From the NCBI GenBank assembly GCA_005881595.1, contig VBBY01000021.1, positions 39,977 through 103,976 of the forward strand: DNA of 64,000 nt, in the 5' to 3' direction. Within the stretch, counting starts at the first letter, position 1. The number at the start of each line of letters is the position of its first letter. This document shows, one piece after another, positions 45,057-55,120 of the stretch. The stretch comes from Betaproteobacteria bacterium. Lineage in GTDB: Bacteria > Pseudomonadota > Gammaproteobacteria > Burkholderiales > SG8-39. A program made the position numbers and the translations under genes. A model generated the notes under the pieces. The model saw nothing but the letters and a program-made list of their open reading frames with translations, had not been told where the DNA came from and did no database searches.

Positions 45057-47032
45057 CCGCGCAGCAGCCGCACTTCCGCGGCGGCGAGCGATTCAGGATC
45101 GCCGAGAAGCACGACCACGTCGCCGGCTTGCAAGGCACCCGCCCCTGCAGCGGTCAGCTTGCTGCGCGCCCCGCGCCGGCGCACGGCCCTCACCTGCACG
45201 CCTAGCGCGTCGAGCCCGAGCTGCGCGAGCGGCCTGCCGAGGGCGTGGGCGTGCTCATCGAGCGTGACCGAGTGCAGGCGCGCAAGCGCTTCGCCGTCGC
45301 CGTCGAGCTCGTCGCCGCTGCCGTGGAACAGGCCGCGCAGCAGCTGATACTGCTCGCCGCGCACCTGGCTCATGCGGCGCATGACGCGGCTGAGCGGAAC
45401 GCCGACGAGCACCAGCGTGTGCGAAGCCAGCATGACGCCCGACTCGAACGCCTCGGGCACGACTTCGGATGCGCCGGCTGCGGTAAGACGGGGAATATCG
45501 TCCTCGTCGCGCGCGCGCACGATCACCGGCACCGCTGGATTGAGCGCGTGAATATGGGTAAGCACGCGCACCGCGGCATCGACGTCGGCGAACGTCACGA
45601 CCACGCCCGCAGCCCGCGCGATGCCGGCTGCGACCAGCGCCTCGCGACGCGAGCTGTCGGCGAAAACCACCGCGTCGCCGGCGAGCGCCGCCTCGCGCAC
45701 GCGCTCCGGATCGAGATCGAGCGCCACGTAACGTACGCCTTCGGCGTCGAGCAGCCGCGCAAGGCGCTGCCCGTTGCGCCCGTAGCCCAGGACGATGACG
45801 TGACGCTCGACCTCGATCGACTGCGCCGCGATGCGATGCAGCTCGAGCGAGCGCAGCATCCACTCCGCGCCCGACAGGCGCATGACGATGCGGTCGCTCG
45901 CCGCGATGAGGAACGGCGTCGCGAGCATCGAAAGGATCATGGCGGCGAGCAGGCCCTGCAGCACTGGCTCCGGCACCACCCGCGTCGGCGCCGCGAGCGA
46001 CAGCAGCACGAAGCCGAATTCTCCCGCCTGGGCGAGGGCGATCCCGACGCGCAACGCGGTGCCCGGCGCGCTGCCGAACGCGGTCGAAAGCAGCGCGATG
46101 AGCGCGAACTTGGCGCCGACTAGCAGCGCGAACAGAAGCATCACCAGCGGGAACTCGCCAAGCACCAGGCGCAGATCGAGCATCATGCCGACCGTCACGA
46201 AGAACAGCCCGAGCAGAACATCGCGGAAGGGCTTGATGTCCTCCTCGACCTGGAAGCGGAACTCCGTCTCGGAGATCAGCATCCCGGCGAGAAACGCCCC
46301 CAGCACGAGAGACAGGCCCGCCAGGCCGGTGACAAAGGCGAGCAGCAGCGTCACGAGCAGCACGTTCAGGACGAACAGCTCGTTCGAGCGGCGGCGCGCG
46401 ACGATTCCCAGCCAGGCGCGCATCAGCCTTGGCCCGAGGGTGATCACGACCGCGAGCGCGAGCACCGCCTTGCCCAGGGCGATGGCGAGCGCCGCACCGA
46501 GCGCGTCGGCGGATTGGTCGAGCGCGGGAAGCAGCACCAGCAGGGGAACCACCGCGAGGTCCTGGAACAGCAGCATGCCGATGACCTGGCGGCCGTGCGC
46601 CGTGTCGAGCTCGAGACGCTCGGCGAGCAGCCTGGAGACCATCGCGGTCGAGGACATCGCGGCGATGCCCCCGAGGGTGAGCCCCGCCTGCCACGAGGCG
46701 CCGGCGGCAAGCGCGGCGCCGAGCGCAAGCGCTATCGTCGCGCTCACCTGGGCAAGGCCGAGCCCGAATACCGCGCGACGCATGGCGAGGAGCTTCGGCA
46801 AGCTGAATTCGAGCCCGATCGAGAACATCAGGAACACCACGCCGAACTCGGCGAGCCGGCGGGTTTCCTCGATGCCGGAGACCAGCCCCAGCGCGTGCGG
46901 GCCCAGGGCGAGGCCGGTCGCCAGATAGCCGATCATCGGCGGCAGCTGCAGGCTCCTGCAGACCGCCACCGCGAGCACGCTGCTCGCGAGCAGCACGAGC
47001 ACCGATTGGAGGGAAACGACCGCGGAATCCAT
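45053..47032 (-). CDS. Monovalent cation:proton antiporter-2 (CPA2) K+ efflux protein with TrkA-N/TrkA-C domains (KefB/YbaL-like)
   Basis: 659 aa, about 12 TM (...GYLATGLALGPHALG...EFGVVFLMFSIGLEFS...). RCK domain HVIVLGYGRNGQRLARLL, C-terminal TrkA-C. Confidence 0.9.
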   Translation of the reverse strand: MDSAVVSLQSVLVLLASSVLAVAVCRSLQLPPMIGYLATGLALGPHALGLVSGIEETRRLAEFGVVFLMFSIGLEFSLPKLLAMRRAVFGLGLAQVSATIALALGAALAAGASWQAGLTLGGIAAMSSTAMVSRLLAERLELDTAHGRQVIGMLLFQDLAVVPLLVLLPALDQSADALGAALAIALGKAVLALAVVITLGPRLMRAWLGIVARRRSNELFVLNVLLVTLLLAFVTGLAGLSLVLGAFLAGMLISETEFRFQVEEDIKPFRDVLLGLFFVTVGMMLDLRLVLGEFPLVMLLFALLVGAKFALIALLSTAFGSAPGTALRVGIALAQAGEFGFVLLSLAAPTRVVPEPVLQGLLAAMILSMLATPFLIAASDRIVMRLSGAEWMLRSLELHRIAAQSIEVERHVIVLGYGRNGQRLARLLDAEGVRYVALDLDPERVREAALAGDAVVFADSSRREALVAAGIARAAGVVVTFADVDAAVRVLTHIHALNPAVPVIVRARDEDDIPRLTAAGASEVVPEAFESGVMLASHTLVLVGVPLSRVMRRMSQVRGEQYQLLRGLFHGSGDELDGDGEALARLHSVTLDEHAHALGRPLAQLGLDALGVQVRAVRRRGARSKLTAAGAGALQAGDVVVLLGDPESLAAAEVRLLRG

Positions 47033-47050
47033 GGGCTATACTTGCCCGCA

Positions 47051-48052
47051 ATGATAAAGGCCGCGCCGAAAAAACAGCTGGACAGCGCAGCGGGCGCGCT
47101 CGATATCGCCCGGCGGGTGCTCTCCATCGAGGCCGACGCGGTGCGGGGGCTGATCGGGCGCCTCGACGAGCGCTTCCTCGCCGCCGTGTCGCTGATCCAT
47201 GCTCGCCGCGGCCGCGTCATCGTCAGCGGCATCGGCAAGTCGGGTCACGTCGCGCGCAAGATCGCCTCCACGCTGTCGAGCACCGGAACGCCCGCCTACT
47301 TCGTGCATCCGGCGGAAGCGAGCCACGGCGATCTCGGGATGATCGAGAGCGGCGACGTGTTCGTTGCCATCTCGTATTCGGGATCGAGCGAGGAGCTGCT
47401 CGAGATCGTTCCGCTGGTGAAGCGACGCGGCGCAAAATTGATCGCCATGACTGGGCGCGCGGATTCGGCGCTGGCGCGAGAAGCCGATGTGCTTCTCGAC
47501 GCCGCGGTCGAGCAGGAAGCCTGCCCCCACAATCTCGCGCCGACGGCGAGCACCACCGCGGCCCTCGCGCTGGGAGACGCGCTCGCCGTCGCGCTTCTCA
47601 GCGCGCGCGGCTTCTCGGCGGACGATTTCGCGCGCAGCCATCCCCGCGGCAGGCTGCCCCGCCAGGCGCTGGTGCACGTCGCCGACGTCATGCGCCGCGG
47701 CAATGACATGCCGTGCGTCAAGGACGGCGTGCCGGCCATGCAGGCGGTGGTCGAGATGTCCCGCAGCCGCATGGGGATGACCGCGGTGGTGGACGAAGCC
47801 GGACGCGTGCGCGGCATCTTCACCGACGGCGATCTGCGCCGCTCGCTGGAGAAAGGCGCCGACTTCCATGCCGTCGCCGTCGACAGCCTCATGACGGCCG
47901 GGCCCAAAACCATTCGCGCGGAGGCGCTGGCGGTCGAGGCCGTGCAGCTGATGGAGCTGCACAAGGTCAACCAGCTGCTGGTGGTCGACGAGCGCGACCG
48001 GCTGGTCGGCGCGCTCAACATGCACGACCTGTTCCGCGCCAAAGTCATCTGA
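47051..48052 (+). CDS. kdsD: Arabinose-5-phosphate isomerase
   Basis: 333 aa. SIS domain (GRVIVSGIGKSGHVARKIASTLSSTGTPAYFVHPAEASHGDLG) plus tandem CBS. The upstream part of the 512-aa track ORF is spurious. Confidence 0.93.
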   Translation: MIKAAPKKQLDSAAGALDIARRVLSIEADAVRGLIGRLDERFLAAVSLIHARRGRVIVSGIGKSGHVARKIASTLSSTGTPAYFVHPAEASHGDLGMIESGDVFVAISYSGSSEELLEIVPLVKRRGAKLIAMTGRADSALAREADVLLDAAVEQEACPHNLAPTASTTAALALGDALAVALLSARGFSADDFARSHPRGRLPRQALVHVADVMRRGNDMPCVKDGVPAMQAVVEMSRSRMGMTAVVDEAGRVRGIFTDGDLRRSLEKGADFHAVAVDSLMTAGPKTIRAEALAVEAVQLMELHKVNQLLVVDERDRLVGALNMHDLFRAKVI

Positions 48053-48059
48053 AGCAGGC

Positions 48060-48599
48060 ATGCCTCATCCCGCCTCCGACGCGCTGGAACGGGCGCGGCG
48101 CATCCGCCTCATGATCCTCGACGTCGACGGCGTGCTGACCGACGGCACCCTCTGGTACGGCGCGCGCGGAATCGAGGAGCTGAAGGGCTTCCACTCTGTC
48201 GACGGCCTTGGCCTCCAGATGCTGCGGCAGAGCGGGGTGCACGCGGCGATTCTCTCCGGGCGCAGCTCGAGCGGCGTGGCGGCGCGGGCGCTCGAGCTCG
48301 GCATCGAGCACGTGCTGCAGGGGATCGGCGACAAGCTCGCCGCGTATCGCTCGCTCATCGAGCGCCTGGGCCTCACCCCGGAGCAGACCGGCTACATGGG
48401 CGACGACCTCGTCGACATCCCGGTGCTCGCGCGCTGCGGCTTCGCCTGCGCCCCCGGCGGTTCGCCCGAGGAGGTGCGCAGGCGGGCGCACTATGTTTGC
48501 GCGGCGCCGGCGGGACGCGGCGCGGTGCGCGAGGTCTGCGAGTTCTTGATGCGCGCACAAGGAACCATGGACCGCGTGCTGCGGGAGTACCTGAAGTGA
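48060..48599 (+). CDS. kdsC: 3-deoxy-D-manno-octulosonate 8-phosphate phosphatase
   Basis: 179 aa. HAD motif LMILDVDGVLTDG...; GDDLVDIPV. Confidence 0.92.
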   Translation: MPHPASDALERARRIRLMILDVDGVLTDGTLWYGARGIEELKGFHSVDGLGLQMLRQSGVHAAILSGRSSSGVAARALELGIEHVLQGIGDKLAAYRSLIERLGLTPEQTGYMGDDLVDIPVLARCGFACAPGGSPEEVRRRAHYVCAAPAGRGAVREVCEFLMRAQGTMDRVLREYLK

Positions 48600-49171
48600 G
48601 GTTCTCGAACACGCGGCTGTTCCCGCTCGTGCTGATGCTGGCGCTCGCGCTGCTGACCTTCTACCTGGAGCGCGCGGTGCGCGAGGAGGAGCCGCATGCG
48701 CCGCTGCGCCGCCACGACCCCGACTACACGGTGTCGAACTTCCTGACCACCACCTACAGCCGCGACGGCGTCGCCGAGGCGGTGATGTCGGCGACGCGGA
48801 TGGTACATTACCCCGACGACGACTCGACCGAGCTGCTGGCTCCGCGCATGGTGCAGACCAGGCCCGCCGAGCCGCGCATCACGCTGAGCGCCGAGCGCGG
48901 TGCGTTGTCGCGCGACGGCGAGGAGGTTTTTCTCTATGACAACGTCGTGCTGGTGCGCGAAGCCATGGCCGAGCGCCCCGAAGCGCGCTTGAGCACCAGC
49001 TTCCTGCACATCGTGCGCGACCGCTCTCTCGTGCGCACCGACCGCGAGGTCACGATCGTCGAGGACCGCAGCTCGCTGAGCGGCCGCGGCATGGAGTACA
49101 ACACCGAGTCGCGACAGTTCACCCTGAACGCCGAAGTGCGGGGGCGTTTCGAGCCGAAGAAGGGGCCATGA
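48596..49171 (+). CDS. lptC: LPS export protein LptC
   Basis: 191 aa. GTG in a GTGA overlap with kdsC. N-terminal TM (RLFPLVLMLALALLTFYL) and beta-jellyroll-type sequence. Conserved kdsC-lptC-lptA-lptB order. Confidence 0.85.
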   Translation: MRFSNTRLFPLVLMLALALLTFYLERAVREEEPHAPLRRHDPDYTVSNFLTTTYSRDGVAEAVMSATRMVHYPDDDSTELLAPRMVQTRPAEPRITLSAERGALSRDGEEVFLYDNVVLVREAMAERPEARLSTSFLHIVRDRSLVRTDREVTIVEDRSSLSGRGMEYNTESRQFTLNAEVRGRFEPKKGP

Positions 49172-49689
49172 AGCGCGTCTGGCTGGCGGCAATTCTTTCG
49201 GCGGCGTGCGTCGCCTGGGCCGAAAAGGCGGACCGGGACAAGCCGACGCAGATCGAAGCCAACCGCCTTAGCGCCGACGACACGCGACGCATGAACATCT
49301 TCGAGGGCAACGTGGTCCTCACCAAGGGGACCATCGTGGTGCGCGCCGAGCGCATCGTCGTGCACCAGGATGCCGAGGGCTATCAATCGTCGACCGCCAC
49401 CGGCAACCCGGTGCGCTTCCGCCAGCGGCAGGATCCGAAGGAAGGCAGGGACGGCGCCTGGGTCGACGGCGAGGCCCTGCGCATCGAGATCGACGATCGC
49501 AACAGCAAGATCGAGCTGTTCGAAAATGCGCGCGTCAACCGCGACGGCGACGAGGTCGCCGGCAACTACATCCTGGTCGACCAGCGCTCCGATTTCTTCT
49601 CGGTCAGCGCCGGCAAGGGGTCGAGCGGCGGGCGCGTGCGCGCGGTGATCCAGCCGAAGATCAACCCGGCCGACGCGGAAAAAAAATGA
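49168..49689 (+). CDS. lptA: LPS transport periplasmic protein LptA
   Basis: 173 aa. Signal peptide. [44 protein letters not shown] (OstA-like). Confidence 0.9.
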   Translation: MKRVWLAAILSAACVAWAEKADRDKPTQIEANRLSADDTRRMNIFEGNVVLTKGTIVVRAERIVVHQDAEGYQSSTATGNPVRFRQRQDPKEGRDGAWVDGEALRIEIDDRNSKIELFENARVNRDGDEVAGNYILVDQRSDFFSVSAGKGSSGGRVRAVIQPKINPADAEKK

Positions 49690-50432
49690 AGGCCAATGAG
49701 CGCACCGGGCTGAGCCAGCTGCGCTCGCAGCGCCTGCGCAAGCGCTACAAGTCGCGCACCGTGGTGCAGGACGTCTCGCTCGATGTCTCCAGCGGCGAGG
49801 TGGTGGGGCTGCTCGGCCCCAACGGCGCGGGCAAGACGACCTGCTTCTACATGATCGTCGGGCTGATACCGGTCGATGCCGGCAGCATCCACCTCGACAC
49901 CACCGAGCTCACGCACCTGCCGATCCACCGCCGCGCGCGGCTGGGCATCTCGTACCTGCCGCAGGAGAATTCGGTGTTCCGGCGCCTCACGGTGGAAGAG
50001 AACGTGCAGGCCATCCTCGAGCTGCAGGGACTCCAGCCGGGCGAGATCGAGCCGCGCCTCGCCGAGCTGCTGAAGGACCTCAACATCGCGCATCTGCGCA
50101 AGCACGCCGCGATCTCGCTCTCGGGCGGCGAGCGCCGCCGCCTCGAGATCGCGCGCGCCCTCGCCACCAAGCCGGCGTTCATCCTGCTCGACGAGCCGTT
50201 CGCCGGCGTCGACCCGATCGCCGTGCTCGACATTCAGCGCATCATCAGGTTCCTCAAGGAACGCGGGATCGGCGTCCTGATCACCGATCACAACGTGCGC
50301 GAGACCCTGGGCATCTGCGACCGGGCCTACATCATCAACGAAGGCGCGGTGCTCGCCTCGGGGCATCCCGAGGAGATTGTTTATAATGACAGCGTGCGCC
50401 GTGTTTACCTCGGCGAGAACTTCCGGATGTAG
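49686..50432 (+). CDS. lptB: LPS export ABC transporter ATP-binding protein LptB
   Basis: 248 aa. [56 protein letters not shown]. Confidence 0.95.
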   Translation: MKANERTGLSQLRSQRLRKRYKSRTVVQDVSLDVSSGEVVGLLGPNGAGKTTCFYMIVGLIPVDAGSIHLDTTELTHLPIHRRARLGISYLPQENSVFRRLTVEENVQAILELQGLQPGEIEPRLAELLKDLNIAHLRKHAAISLSGGERRRLEIARALATKPAFILLDEPFAGVDPIAVLDIQRIIRFLKERGIGVLITDHNVRETLGICDRAYIINEGAVLASGHPEEIVYNDSVRRVYLGENFRM

Positions 50433-50470
50433 CCTCGCTGTGTTCACGCCATGACGGCACACTCCCCACG

Positions 50471-51868
50471 ATGAAGCCGTCCCTGCAGTTCCGGTTGTCG
50501 CAGCATCTCACGCTAACTCCGCAGCTGCAGCAGTCCATCCGCCTGCTGCAGCTGTCGACGGTCGAGCTCAACCAGGAGATCGACCGCATGCTGATGGAGA
50601 ACCCGGCGCTCGAGCGCGAGGACGCCGAAGGCGAGCCCGAGGCCGCCGCACCCGCGCCCGCGCCGGCAGGCGGCGCCGGCGCGGGCGGCAGCACCGAGCC
50701 CGCGGCCCCCGACACCGACTGGTCGGCGGATATCGCCTCCAGCTGGCGCGGGCCGGATGACGATGACGAAGGCGACCGCAGCTTCACCGCGCCGGACACG
50801 CCGACGCTGCGCGATCACCTGCGCGGCCAGCTCTCGCTCACCAATCTCGGCGATCGCGACCGCGCATTCGTCCAGCTGCTGATCGACGCCCTCGACGAGG
50901 ACGGCTATCTGACCCAGCCGCTCGAGGAAATCGCCGCGCTGCTGCCCGCCGAAGCCGATCCCGAGGAGCTCGGCATCGCGCTCAGGCACCTGCAGAACCT
51001 GGAGCCCGCCGGCGTGGGCGCGCGCTCCCCCGGGGAATGCCTGGCGCTGCAGCTGCGCATCATCCCCGATGAGCCGGCTCGGCGCCTGGCGCTCGACATC
51101 GTGGAAAAGCATCTGGAGCTGCTGGCGAGCCGCGATTACACGCGCCTCAAGAACCTCACCGGCGCGGGCGACGAGGCGCTGCGCGCGGCGCAGCGCCTGA
51201 TCCAGGCGCTCAATCCGCGCCCGGGCGCCGCCTACGCCAAGGTGGAGACGCGCTACGTGATTCCCGACGTCATCGTGCGCAAGCAGCGCGGCGTCTGGCG
51301 CGCGAGCCTCAATCCGGACGCCATGCCGCGCCTGCGCATCAACCGCCTGTACGCCGAGCTCGCGGCTGGAGCGCGCACCAGCGGCGCCGCCATCGCCTCG
51401 CAGCTGCAGGAGGCGCGCTGGCTGATCAAGAACGTGCAGCAGCGCTTCGACACCATCCTGCGCGTATCGCAGGCGATCGTCGACCAGCAGCGCCATTTCC
51501 TCGAGCACGGCGAAGTCGCGATGCGGCCGCTGGTGCTGCGCGAGATTGCGCAGACGCTCGGGCTCCACGAAAGCACCATCTCGCGCGTCACCACGCAGAA
51601 GTACATGGCCACACCGCGCGGCACTTTCGAGCTCAAGTATTTCTTCGGCAGCCACGTCGCCACCGAGGCCGGTGGCGCCGCGTCCTCGACCGCGATCCGC
51701 GCGCTGATCAAGCAGCTGGTGGCCGCCGAGGACGCGAAAGCCCCGCTTTCGGACGCGCGCATCTCCCAGATCCTCGGCGAGCAAGGCATCGTGGTGGCGC
51801 GCCGCACGATTGCAAAATATCGTGAGGCGCTGCAGATCCCGCCTGTCAACCAAAGAAAATCCCTATAG
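50471..51868 (+). CDS. rpoN: RNA polymerase sigma-54 factor
   Basis: 465 aa. [29 protein letters not shown], acidic/Ala-rich region II, HTH and RpoN box [16 protein letters not shown]. Confidence 0.97.
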   Translation: MKPSLQFRLSQHLTLTPQLQQSIRLLQLSTVELNQEIDRMLMENPALEREDAEGEPEAAAPAPAPAGGAGAGGSTEPAAPDTDWSADIASSWRGPDDDDEGDRSFTAPDTPTLRDHLRGQLSLTNLGDRDRAFVQLLIDALDEDGYLTQPLEEIAALLPAEADPEELGIALRHLQNLEPAGVGARSPGECLALQLRIIPDEPARRLALDIVEKHLELLASRDYTRLKNLTGAGDEALRAAQRLIQALNPRPGAAYAKVETRYVIPDVIVRKQRGVWRASLNPDAMPRLRINRLYAELAAGARTSGAAIASQLQEARWLIKNVQQRFDTILRVSQAIVDQQRHFLEHGEVAMRPLVLREIAQTLGLHESTISRVTTQKYMATPRGTFELKYFFGSHVATEAGGAASSTAIRALIKQLVAAEDAKAPLSDARISQILGEQGIVVARRTIAKYREALQIPPVNQRKSL

Positions 51869-51898
51869 CGGAGAAGCGCGTATAATCCGCGCGCTCCA

Positions 51899-52384
51899 AT
51901 GAGTCTCGTCGCCAATCTTCTGCGCGCCGACCACATCGTGCTCGGGCTGCAGGTGTCGAGCAAGAAGCGGCTGTTAGAGCAGGCCGGCCTGCTGTTCGAG
52001 AACCATCACGGCCTCGCCCGCAGCCTGGTCTTCGACAGCCTGTTCGCGCGCGAGCGCCTCGGCTCGACCGGGCTCGGCCAGGGGGTAGCGATTCCGCACG
52101 GCCGCATCAAGGGGCTGAAGGAGGCGCTGGGCGCGTTCCTGCGGCTCGCGCAGCCGGTGCCGTTCGACGCCCCCGACGGCAATCCGGTCAGCCTGGTATT
52201 CGTGCTGCTGGTTCCCGAAAAGGCGACCGAGAAGCACCTGCAGATCCTTTCCGAGCTCGCGCAGATGTTCAGCGACAAGGCGCTGCGCGAGGCGATGAGC
52301 GGGGCGCCGGACGCCGGTGCCCTTCACCAGCTGATCACGGCGTGGCAACCGGATGCTGCAGGTCAACGTCGCGCGGCTGCATGA
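51899..52384 (+). CDS. ptsN: PTS-Ntr EIIA component
   Basis: 161 aa. ...FARERLGSTGLGQGVAIPHGRIKGL (phosphorylatable His)...VFVLLVPE. Confidence 0.92.
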   Translation: MSLVANLLRADHIVLGLQVSSKKRLLEQAGLLFENHHGLARSLVFDSLFARERLGSTGLGQGVAIPHGRIKGLKEALGAFLRLAQPVPFDAPDGNPVSLVFVLLVPEKATEKHLQILSELAQMFSDKALREAMSGAPDAGALHQLITAWQPDAAGQRRAAA

Positions 52385-53276
52385 CGACAATCGCGAGGCG
52401 TTGTCGCTCGCCTGGATCGCGGGGCGCGAAGGCGGTACCGCGGTGCGGCGCGAGGCGGCCAGGGCCGCCTCGCTGATCGGCCATCTCAACCTCACCCACC
52501 CCAACAGCATCCAGGTCGTCGGCGCCTACGAGGCCGGCACGCTTGCCGGATGCGTCGAGCGGCTGTTCGAGTTCGCGCCCGCGGCGGTGATCATCGCCGA
52601 CGGCGTCACGCCGCCGCCGCAGCTGCTCGAGGTCGCGGCGAGGACCCACACGCCGCTCTTTACTTCGCCGATGCCGGCCGCGGGCGTGATCGACAAGCTG
52701 GCACGCTACCTTGCCAAGGCGCTCGCCGAGAGCACCGAGCGGCACGGCGTTTTCATGGACGTGCTCGGCCTTGGCGTGCTGATCACCGGCGAGTCGGGCG
52801 TGGGCAAGAGCGAGCTCGGCCTCGAGCTCATCAGCCGCGGGCACGGCCTGGTGGCCGACGACATCGTGGAGATCTCACGCATCGCCGCCAACACGCTCGA
52901 CGGCCGCTGCCCGCCGATGCTGAGGGATTTTCTCGAGGTGAGAGGCCTGGGGCTGCTCAACATCCGCACCATCTTCGGCGAGACCGCGGTGCGCCCGAAG
53001 ATGAAGCTCAAGCTGATCGCGCATCTCGAGAAGCCCCGCCCCGAAGGGCGCGATCCCGGCGAGCGCCTGCCGCTTGCCGACCTGTGGGAGGACATACTCG
53101 GCGTGACGGTGCGCAAGGTCATCATCCCGGTCGCCGCCGGCCGCAACCTCGCCGTGCTGGTCGAGGCCGCGGTGCGCAACCACATCCTCAAGCTGCGCGG
53201 CGTCGACTCGACCGCCGAGTTCCTGGCGCGACAGAAACGGCAGCTCGACGGCAGCGAGAGCGAAGGCGAAAAGTAG
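52353..53276 (+). CDS. hprK: HPr kinase/phosphorylase
   Basis: 307 aa. HGVFMDVLGLGVLITGESGVGKSELGLELISRGHGLVADD, EVRGLGLLNIR. Overlaps the ptsN 3' end by 32 nt. Confidence 0.92.
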   Translation: MLQVNVARLHDDNREALSLAWIAGREGGTAVRREAARAASLIGHLNLTHPNSIQVVGAYEAGTLAGCVERLFEFAPAAVIIADGVTPPPQLLEVAARTHTPLFTSPMPAAGVIDKLARYLAKALAESTERHGVFMDVLGLGVLITGESGVGKSELGLELISRGHGLVADDIVEISRIAANTLDGRCPPMLRDFLEVRGLGLLNIRTIFGETAVRPKMKLKLIAHLEKPRPEGRDPGERLPLADLWEDILGVTVRKVIIPVAAGRNLAVLVEAAVRNHILKLRGVDSTAEFLARQKRQLDGSESEGEK

Positions 53277-54128
53277 GTGCAGCTCATCCTGGTGAGCGGG
53301 CTGTCGGGCTCCGGCAAGAGCATTGCGCTCAAGGTGCTCGAAGACAGCGGCTCCTACTGCGTCGACAACCTGCCCGCGACGCTGCTGCTCGAGGTGGTCG
53401 ACTTTCTGGCCGAGGCGGGCCACGAGCGGGCCGCCGTGAGCGTCGACGCAAGAAGCGCAGCCGTTGCCGCGCTGCCCGAGAACATCGCCAAGCTGCGCAG
53501 CCGCGGAGTCGACTGCCGGGTGCTGTACCTCGAGGCGAATTCTCCGACGCTGCTGCGGCGCTTCTCCGAGACACGGCGCAGTCATCCGCTCGCCGGCTCC
53601 GGTCTGACGCTTTCCGAGGCGATCGAGCGCGAGCGCACGCTGCTGGCCGGCGTCGCGGCGCTCGCGCAGCGCATCGATACGAGCGAGTTGCAGCCGCGCG
53701 TGCTGCAGAACTGGACCAGGGAGCTGCTCGCCCTCGACGCAGGCTCGCTCACGCTGCTTTTCGAGTCGTTCGCGTACCGCGACGGCATTCCGCTCGACGC
53801 CGACTGGGTGCTCGACTGCCGCATGCTGCCCAACCCGCACTACGATCCGCAGTTGCGTCCTCTTACCGGTCGCGACAGCGCCGTGGCCGAGTACCTGGGC
53901 CGCGATGCCGCGGTGCAGCGCTGGCTGGAGGACGTGCGGGCGCTGCTCGCGCGCTGGCTGCCGGAGATCGCCCGGGAGAACCGCAGCTACGTTACCGTGG
54001 CCATCGGCTGCACAGGCGGCCGTCACCGCTCCGTGTACCTCGCCGAGCGGCTCGCCGAGGCGTTTCGCGCGCAGTGGCGCGTGCTGGTGCGCCATCGCGG
54101 CCTGGCTCTCGAAGGCGCGCAAGCGTAA
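53277..54128 (+). CDS. rapZ: RNase adapter protein RapZ
   Basis: 283 aa, GTG start. LILVSGLSGSGKSIALKVLEDSGSYCVDNLP; ...AIGCTGGRHRSVYLAERL. Confidence 0.93.
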   Translation: MQLILVSGLSGSGKSIALKVLEDSGSYCVDNLPATLLLEVVDFLAEAGHERAAVSVDARSAAVAALPENIAKLRSRGVDCRVLYLEANSPTLLRRFSETRRSHPLAGSGLTLSEAIERERTLLAGVAALAQRIDTSELQPRVLQNWTRELLALDAGSLTLLFESFAYRDGIPLDADWVLDCRMLPNPHYDPQLRPLTGRDSAVAEYLGRDAAVQRWLEDVRALLARWLPEIARENRSYVTVAIGCTGGRHRSVYLAERLAEAFRAQWRVLVRHRGLALEGAQA

Positions 54129-54697
54129 TGCAGGACTTCGCCCTTTTTCCGCTGAACACGGTGCTCTTTCCCGGCGGTCGCCTGCCGTTGCGGATCTTCG
54201 AGCAGCGCTACATGGAAATGGCCAAGGTCTGCCTGCGCGACGACACGCCCTTCGGCGTATGCCTGATCCGCGATGGCGCGGAAGTCGGCGCGCCGGCGAC
54301 CCCGGTGGAGACCGGCTGCCTCGCCCGTATCGCCGCCTGGGACATGCCGCAACTGGGCATGCTGCATATCATCGCCCGCGGCGAGCGGCGCTTTCGCATC
54401 CTCGGCAGGCGAGTCGAGCCCAACGGCCTCGCGCGCGCCTCGATCGAAATGCTTCCCGACGATATCGACGCTCCGGTGCCGGAGCAGTGCAAGTCCTGCG
54501 TGCGCCTGCTCGAGCGCGTGATCGCGCAGCAGGGCGAGGGGCTTTTCGAGGCGCCGCACCGGCTCGATTCCAGCGCCTGGGTGAGCGCCCGTCTCGCCGA
54601 ACTCCTTCCGCTTCCCCTTTCGGCGAAGCAGGAGCTGTTCGAGCTGACCGACGCGCGCGCTCGGCTCGAGCGCCTCAACAATCTCCTGGGGAGGTAG
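54128..54697 (+). CDS. LON N-terminal (substrate-binding) domain protein
   Basis: 189 aa. MQDFALFPLNTVLFPGGRLPLRIFEQRYMEM...FGVCLI. The ATG overlaps the rapZ stop by 1 nt. Confidence 0.85.
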   Translation: MQDFALFPLNTVLFPGGRLPLRIFEQRYMEMAKVCLRDDTPFGVCLIRDGAEVGAPATPVETGCLARIAAWDMPQLGMLHIIARGERRFRILGRRVEPNGLARASIEMLPDDIDAPVPEQCKSCVRLLERVIAQQGEGLFEAPHRLDSSAWVSARLAELLPLPLSAKQELFELTDARARLERLNNLLGR

Positions 54698-54739
54698 CGG
54701 TTCTCCACTAAAATACCGTACGGGTCGCAACCATAACTA

Positions 54740-55114
54740 ATGGCGCTTTCGCACCGAAACTATGCCAAAGTCCGGGTGGTAGCGCCCGTGGGACGTCTCG
54801 ACCACGACAACTGCGAAGCTTTCAGGAACGACCTCGCTCCCCACCTCGATGCCTGCCTGCGCGAGGGCCAGGCGCTGATCTTCGATCTGTCCGGCCTCGA
54901 GTACGTGTCCAGCGCCGGGTTGCGCTGCCTGATGCTTGCCGCCAGGCAGGCGGCCAGCCGCAGCGGCCGCCTGGTGATCGCTTCGCTGCAGCCCCTGGTC
55001 GCCGAAATTTTCCAGATCAGCCGCTTCAACCTCGTTTTCGACGTGTTCCCAACGATGCGCGAGGCGCTCGCTTCGGTTTCGTCTGAGGCGGTCGAAGCTT
55101 TCGAGCGCGGCTGA
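54740..55114 (+). CDS. STAS-domain anti-sigma-factor antagonist (SpoIIAA/RsbV-like)
   Basis: 124 aa. LIFDLSGLEYVSSAGLRCLMLAAR (conserved phospho-Ser context), LQPLVAEIFQISRFNLVFDVF. Confidence 0.88.
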   Translation: MALSHRNYAKVRVVAPVGRLDHDNCEAFRNDLAPHLDACLREGQALIFDLSGLEYVSSAGLRCLMLAARQAASRSGRLVIASLQPLVAEIFQISRFNLVFDVFPTMREALASVSSEAVEAFERG

Positions 55115-55120
55115 TCGGGC

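Noticed and set aside
45255-47051. 598-aa minus-strand ORF overlapping the CPA2 antiporter in another frame
   Set aside because: Alternate-frame artefact (Arg/Ala/Gly/Pro-rich). The 659-aa frame carries the transporter and RCK motifs.
52696-52712. TGGCACGctaccTTGCC, a sigma-54-like element
   Set aside because: The GG-to-GC spacing is one base too long, it lies inside the hprK coding sequence, and no downstream start depends on it.
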